A stretch of 22,740 nt of DNA from Cirrosporium novae-zelandiae (Eukaryota): contig JAPETS010000027.1 in the NCBI GenBank assembly GCA_026023565.1, positions 434,001-456,740 on the forward strand, in the 5' to 3' direction. A program made the translations under genes and the position numbers. The notes beneath the pieces were generated by a model. The model had not been told where the DNA came from. It did not search any database and was given only the letters and a program-made list of their open reading frames with translations. Each line of letters starts with the position of its first letter. Positions within the stretch are counted from its first letter, which is position 1. Positions 19,558-22,740 of this stretch are shown piece after piece.

Positions 19558-21428
19558 ATGGTGTCTCAATCTCTCGTGCAACCTGACTTGGCCAAAAGTC
19601 GGGATTTTTATTATCATGGCCTTCGTTTACCTTGTTATCGTTCGTCAATGGCTCAAGTTGCCCTGGTTGGGTTAATTGCATTTACTACCGTGTGAGTAGT
19701 GGGCATCTGCATCCGCTTGGAATTTCATACATCCTAACTTTGTTCAAGAGGAATGTCGAGTGCTATGGGTGGTGCTGGAGGTGGTGGCCTACTAAACACC
19801 CATCAAAGTACCAATGCAAATGTTGCAGTATATTCAAGTGCGTTGAACTTGGTACCGAGGTCACCACGTTGGAGTACTCATGTTTCCCAGCATTTGCGGC
19901 CTTGGCTTTCTTTGCTGGGACAATCTACAACAAAATTGGAATCCGACTCTGCCTTGCCTTTGGTGGCTTTGGCTATGCGGTTTTGACGTCTGCATATATG
20001 GTAACTGCACATATTGGAGATAAGGCTACCGCTTACATTGTTGTCGCTGGATGCATCGAAGGTCTCTCGGCAGCCATGGTGAGTTCCATTGATCCAGAAA
20101 ACCGGAAAGACGAGTAAATTGGCTAATCTAGACGAAAGCTCTGGACTGCCCAGGGAGCTGTAACCATGGCCTATCCAACCGAGGATCAAAAAGGAAGGGC
20201 ATTTTCGTTATTCTGGACCTTGTTCCAGATGGGTGGGGTCATAGGTAGTATTATTCCAATTTGTCTGAACTGGAATTCAAGTATGGGGAACATGTCAGAT
20301 GGCACAGTAAGGAAATGTCAGTGTCTTTCAATGCAGGATCATTGACGAATTTACTTAGTATATTGCCTTTATCGTTATCATGCTAGTTGGCTGTTTGCTG
20401 CCAATCTTTCTCTTGCCTTCCGATCAAGTGGTACGCCCCGATAATACGCACGTTGTGCTTCCTACAATGCCAACATGGGGGTATGTTGCCCAATTATCTC
20501 GGCATTATAATAAAATATTCTACTAACGCTACCCCAGATCTGAAATTAAAGGTCTCCTCGATGTTCTCATCCAAGATAGATGGATAGTAACTTTATTCCC
20601 ATTTTTCATCGCCTCCAATTGGTTCTACACCTACCAGAGAAACGACTTTAATGCCGCAGAATTCACACTTCGCACCCGTTCCTTCAACGGCCTCTGGTCA
20701 AACTTCAGTAACATGGTCGGCGTCTGGCTCATGGGTCTCGCCCTCGATTTTAAACCGGAAAGGTTTACGCGCATGTTTAGAGCCCGGGTAGGGTTAATCT
20801 GGCTACTTGTTTTCACGCTCGCAATCTGGGGCGGGGGATGGATATTCGTCAAAGATTCCGTCCGCAGAAATCCTCCAGACCCCCTCATCGATCTGTAAGC
20901 CCCCCTTACCTCTTTCTCTCAACTCCCCATCCCCAAAAGGCTAACCCTCCCTCCCACAAACCCAGCACCTCGCCCACCCTCTACCCTCCCCGAATAATCA
21001 TCTACATATTCTGGTCCCTTTACGACGGCATGTACCAATCCTACGCCTACTGGCTCATGGGTAGTCTGTCCAACAACTCACGCCGCCTCTCCCACTATAG
21101 CGGCTGGTACAAGTCCCTGCAAAGTGCCGGCGCCGCCGTCGTCTGGCGTCTCGATGGCCTCAAAATCCCATACACCAGTATGTATCTCAGCACGTGGATG
21201 ATCCTGGTGGGTTCCATCTTGGCGGCTACGTATGTGGCGTTTTGGAAGGTGTTGGAGCATTCGTTTGATGAGCCGCGGGAGGTGGAGGAAGAGGGTGCGG
21301 TGGATGTTGGGAGTAGGGCTGAGGGTGGTGCGATGGCACCAATGACGATGTCGAAGGATAATAAGACAACCGAGAAACCCGGGTTGGAAGCAAAGGCCGT
21401 CAAGGAGGTAGTAGAGCGAGAATACTAG
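19558..21428 (+). CDS. UNC-93-like (DUF895) major facilitator superfamily transporter, 7 exons, about 506 aa
   Basis: Exons 19558-19691, 19749-19837, 19891-20078, 20139-20306, 20359-20480, 20538-20894 and 20966-21428. All introns are GT-AG and 52-71 nt, and the joined frame is open. Motifs: YRSSMAQVALVGLIAF, GMSSAMGGAGGGG, NANVAVYSTFA...FFAGTIYNKIG, LWTAQGAVTMAYPTEDQKGRA, FPFFIASNWFYTYQ, FTLRTRSFN, YWLMGSLSN and GWYKSLQSAGAAVVW. Confidence 0.92.
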
Positions 21429-21449
21429 CTAGTTGAACCTTACTACTAT

Positions 21450-22271
21450 ACACATAGATGCCATCAACACCCAATTTCAATTCATATAATAAACATTCAT
21501 TCTCCCCCTCCCCTCCCCTAAACATACTATTTCACACATTTCCCCCACCTATTAAAGAAGAAAACCCAAAACCAAACCAAACCCCCCCCATAAATCCTCA
21601 AACGTATATCCCCCCCCACCCCCTTACACACACATACACATCATATTGTTACTATTACTATACAAAGGTCGAAAGAAAGAAAGAAAGCAAAAAAAAAAAA
21701 AAAAAGGAGAAAGCGTTGACAGGTGGGTACTTGTGCCTTGTGCCTTGTGCCTATATATATATATATATTGTCATTAGAACGAATTAGAGAGAGGGAAATA
21801 TGTAGGTGTGTAGGTATATGTAGGTAGATGGAATAATAAACAAGATGGTGGTGGGATTTGGGTATGATGTACAAGTTATATCTACAGCTTAGCTTATTCT
21901 TCTTCCTACCGTACTTCCTACCGGTACATACATGTACAACATATACAACAGAAAATAATAGTATATAAAAAATCCACATCCATACCTTTATCCTCATCCT
22001 CATCATCTCATCTCATCTTTCATTCAATTCTCAACCCACCCACTCACTCACTCACTCTACACACACGTACACTGAAACCCCTCCTTCCTCTCCCCCTTTT
22101 TTTTATTTTTTTATTTTTTTTTCTTCTTTCTTTCTTTACCTCCCTTTAATTTATACTGGTAATGATAATAATAATAATAATAAAAATGGTGGAAATTCTT
22201 ATATATATATAACTACCAACTAACTAACTAATTAACTATTATAGTAGATAATAGTATATATAGTATAAGAA

Positions 22272-22305
<34 letters not shown>

Positions 22306-22740
22306 GATATAAGCATATAAAGTGAGTGAGTGAGTGTGCGTATAAATAAGTTACGTACTTGATATTATGTGAAAATCTAATATAAATAGGGGCCAAACTA
22401 AACTAAACCAAGCCAAACAAAACCAAAGTGTAGAAAGGGAATCAATCCCCTTGGCTGAAGATCTCAGATCTTGGAAGCCATACATCCATCCATTCCCAAC
22501 TCAACTCAACTCATCCCACATCATACCTCTACATCCCCATCAATCTTATACCCGAAATAAACATAAAAATATATATCTTATAAGAATAAGAATAACTTCT
22601 TACCCCCCCCCCCTCCCCCCCTTTTATATACTAATTCCTTCCTTCCCCCATGTACCTTTTATAAAGTATAGATGTAACATGTACCTAAATCATCATATAT
22701 ATATATATATATATCCAAAAAAAAAAAAGAAAAAGTCCTC
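21450..22740. repeat. AT-rich low-complexity region with multiple microsatellites and homopolymers
   Basis: Poly-A at about 21689-21705; (TA)n at about 21752-21768, 22200-22211 and 22695-22713; (CACT)4 at 22041-22056; (AAT)n at about 22165-22183; (ATT)n at about 22274-22303; (AGTG)4 at 22321-22336; poly-C at about 22603-22621. Confidence 0.9.

Noticed and set aside
19692..20138. Two AAG 3' splice sites in the UNC-93-like gene as something exceptional
   Set aside because: AAG acceptors are a known minor class in fungi. Both introns (19692-19748 and 20079-20138) have good branch sites and restore conserved motifs.
21458..22006. 109-aa (+) and 121-aa (-) ORFs after the transporter
   Set aside because: They are translations of microsatellite and homopolymer DNA (poly-K, poly-F, YIYIYI) in the 3' flank.

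Overview
Eukaryotic genomic DNA from a filamentous ascomycete (Pezizomycotina-type short GT-AG introns with CTAAC-like branch sites). Six intron-containing protein genes can be spliced by hand: the Rag GTPase GTR1 (-), the uracil-catabolism protein URC4/Urg3 (DUF1688; -; with one GC-AG intron), the auxilin-like clathrin-uncoating co-chaperone SWA2 (+), a vacuolar PQ-loop cationic amino-acid transporter of YPQ1/PQLC2 type (+), a DUF1479/YbiU/Gig2-type non-heme-iron oxygenase (-) and a 7-exon UNC-93-like MFS transporter (+). The last two are a head-to-head pair sharing a 789-bp promoter. This pair is the best candidate for an undescribed system: a two-gene import-and-oxidation module. It is possibly amino-sugar-related, because the characterised Candida GlcNAc-induced genes GIG2 and NGT1 belong to these same two families; this link is inference only. 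The 3.8-kb URC4-SWA2 spacer holds poly-G tracts, minisatellites, a possible decayed Myb/SANT-like ORF and a long-range inverted motif. The right end of the window is microsatellite-rich and shows repeated C-rich to G-rich strand-skew switches. I found no rRNA, tRNA, CRISPR array or intact transposase. All family calls are by motif recognition, not database search.
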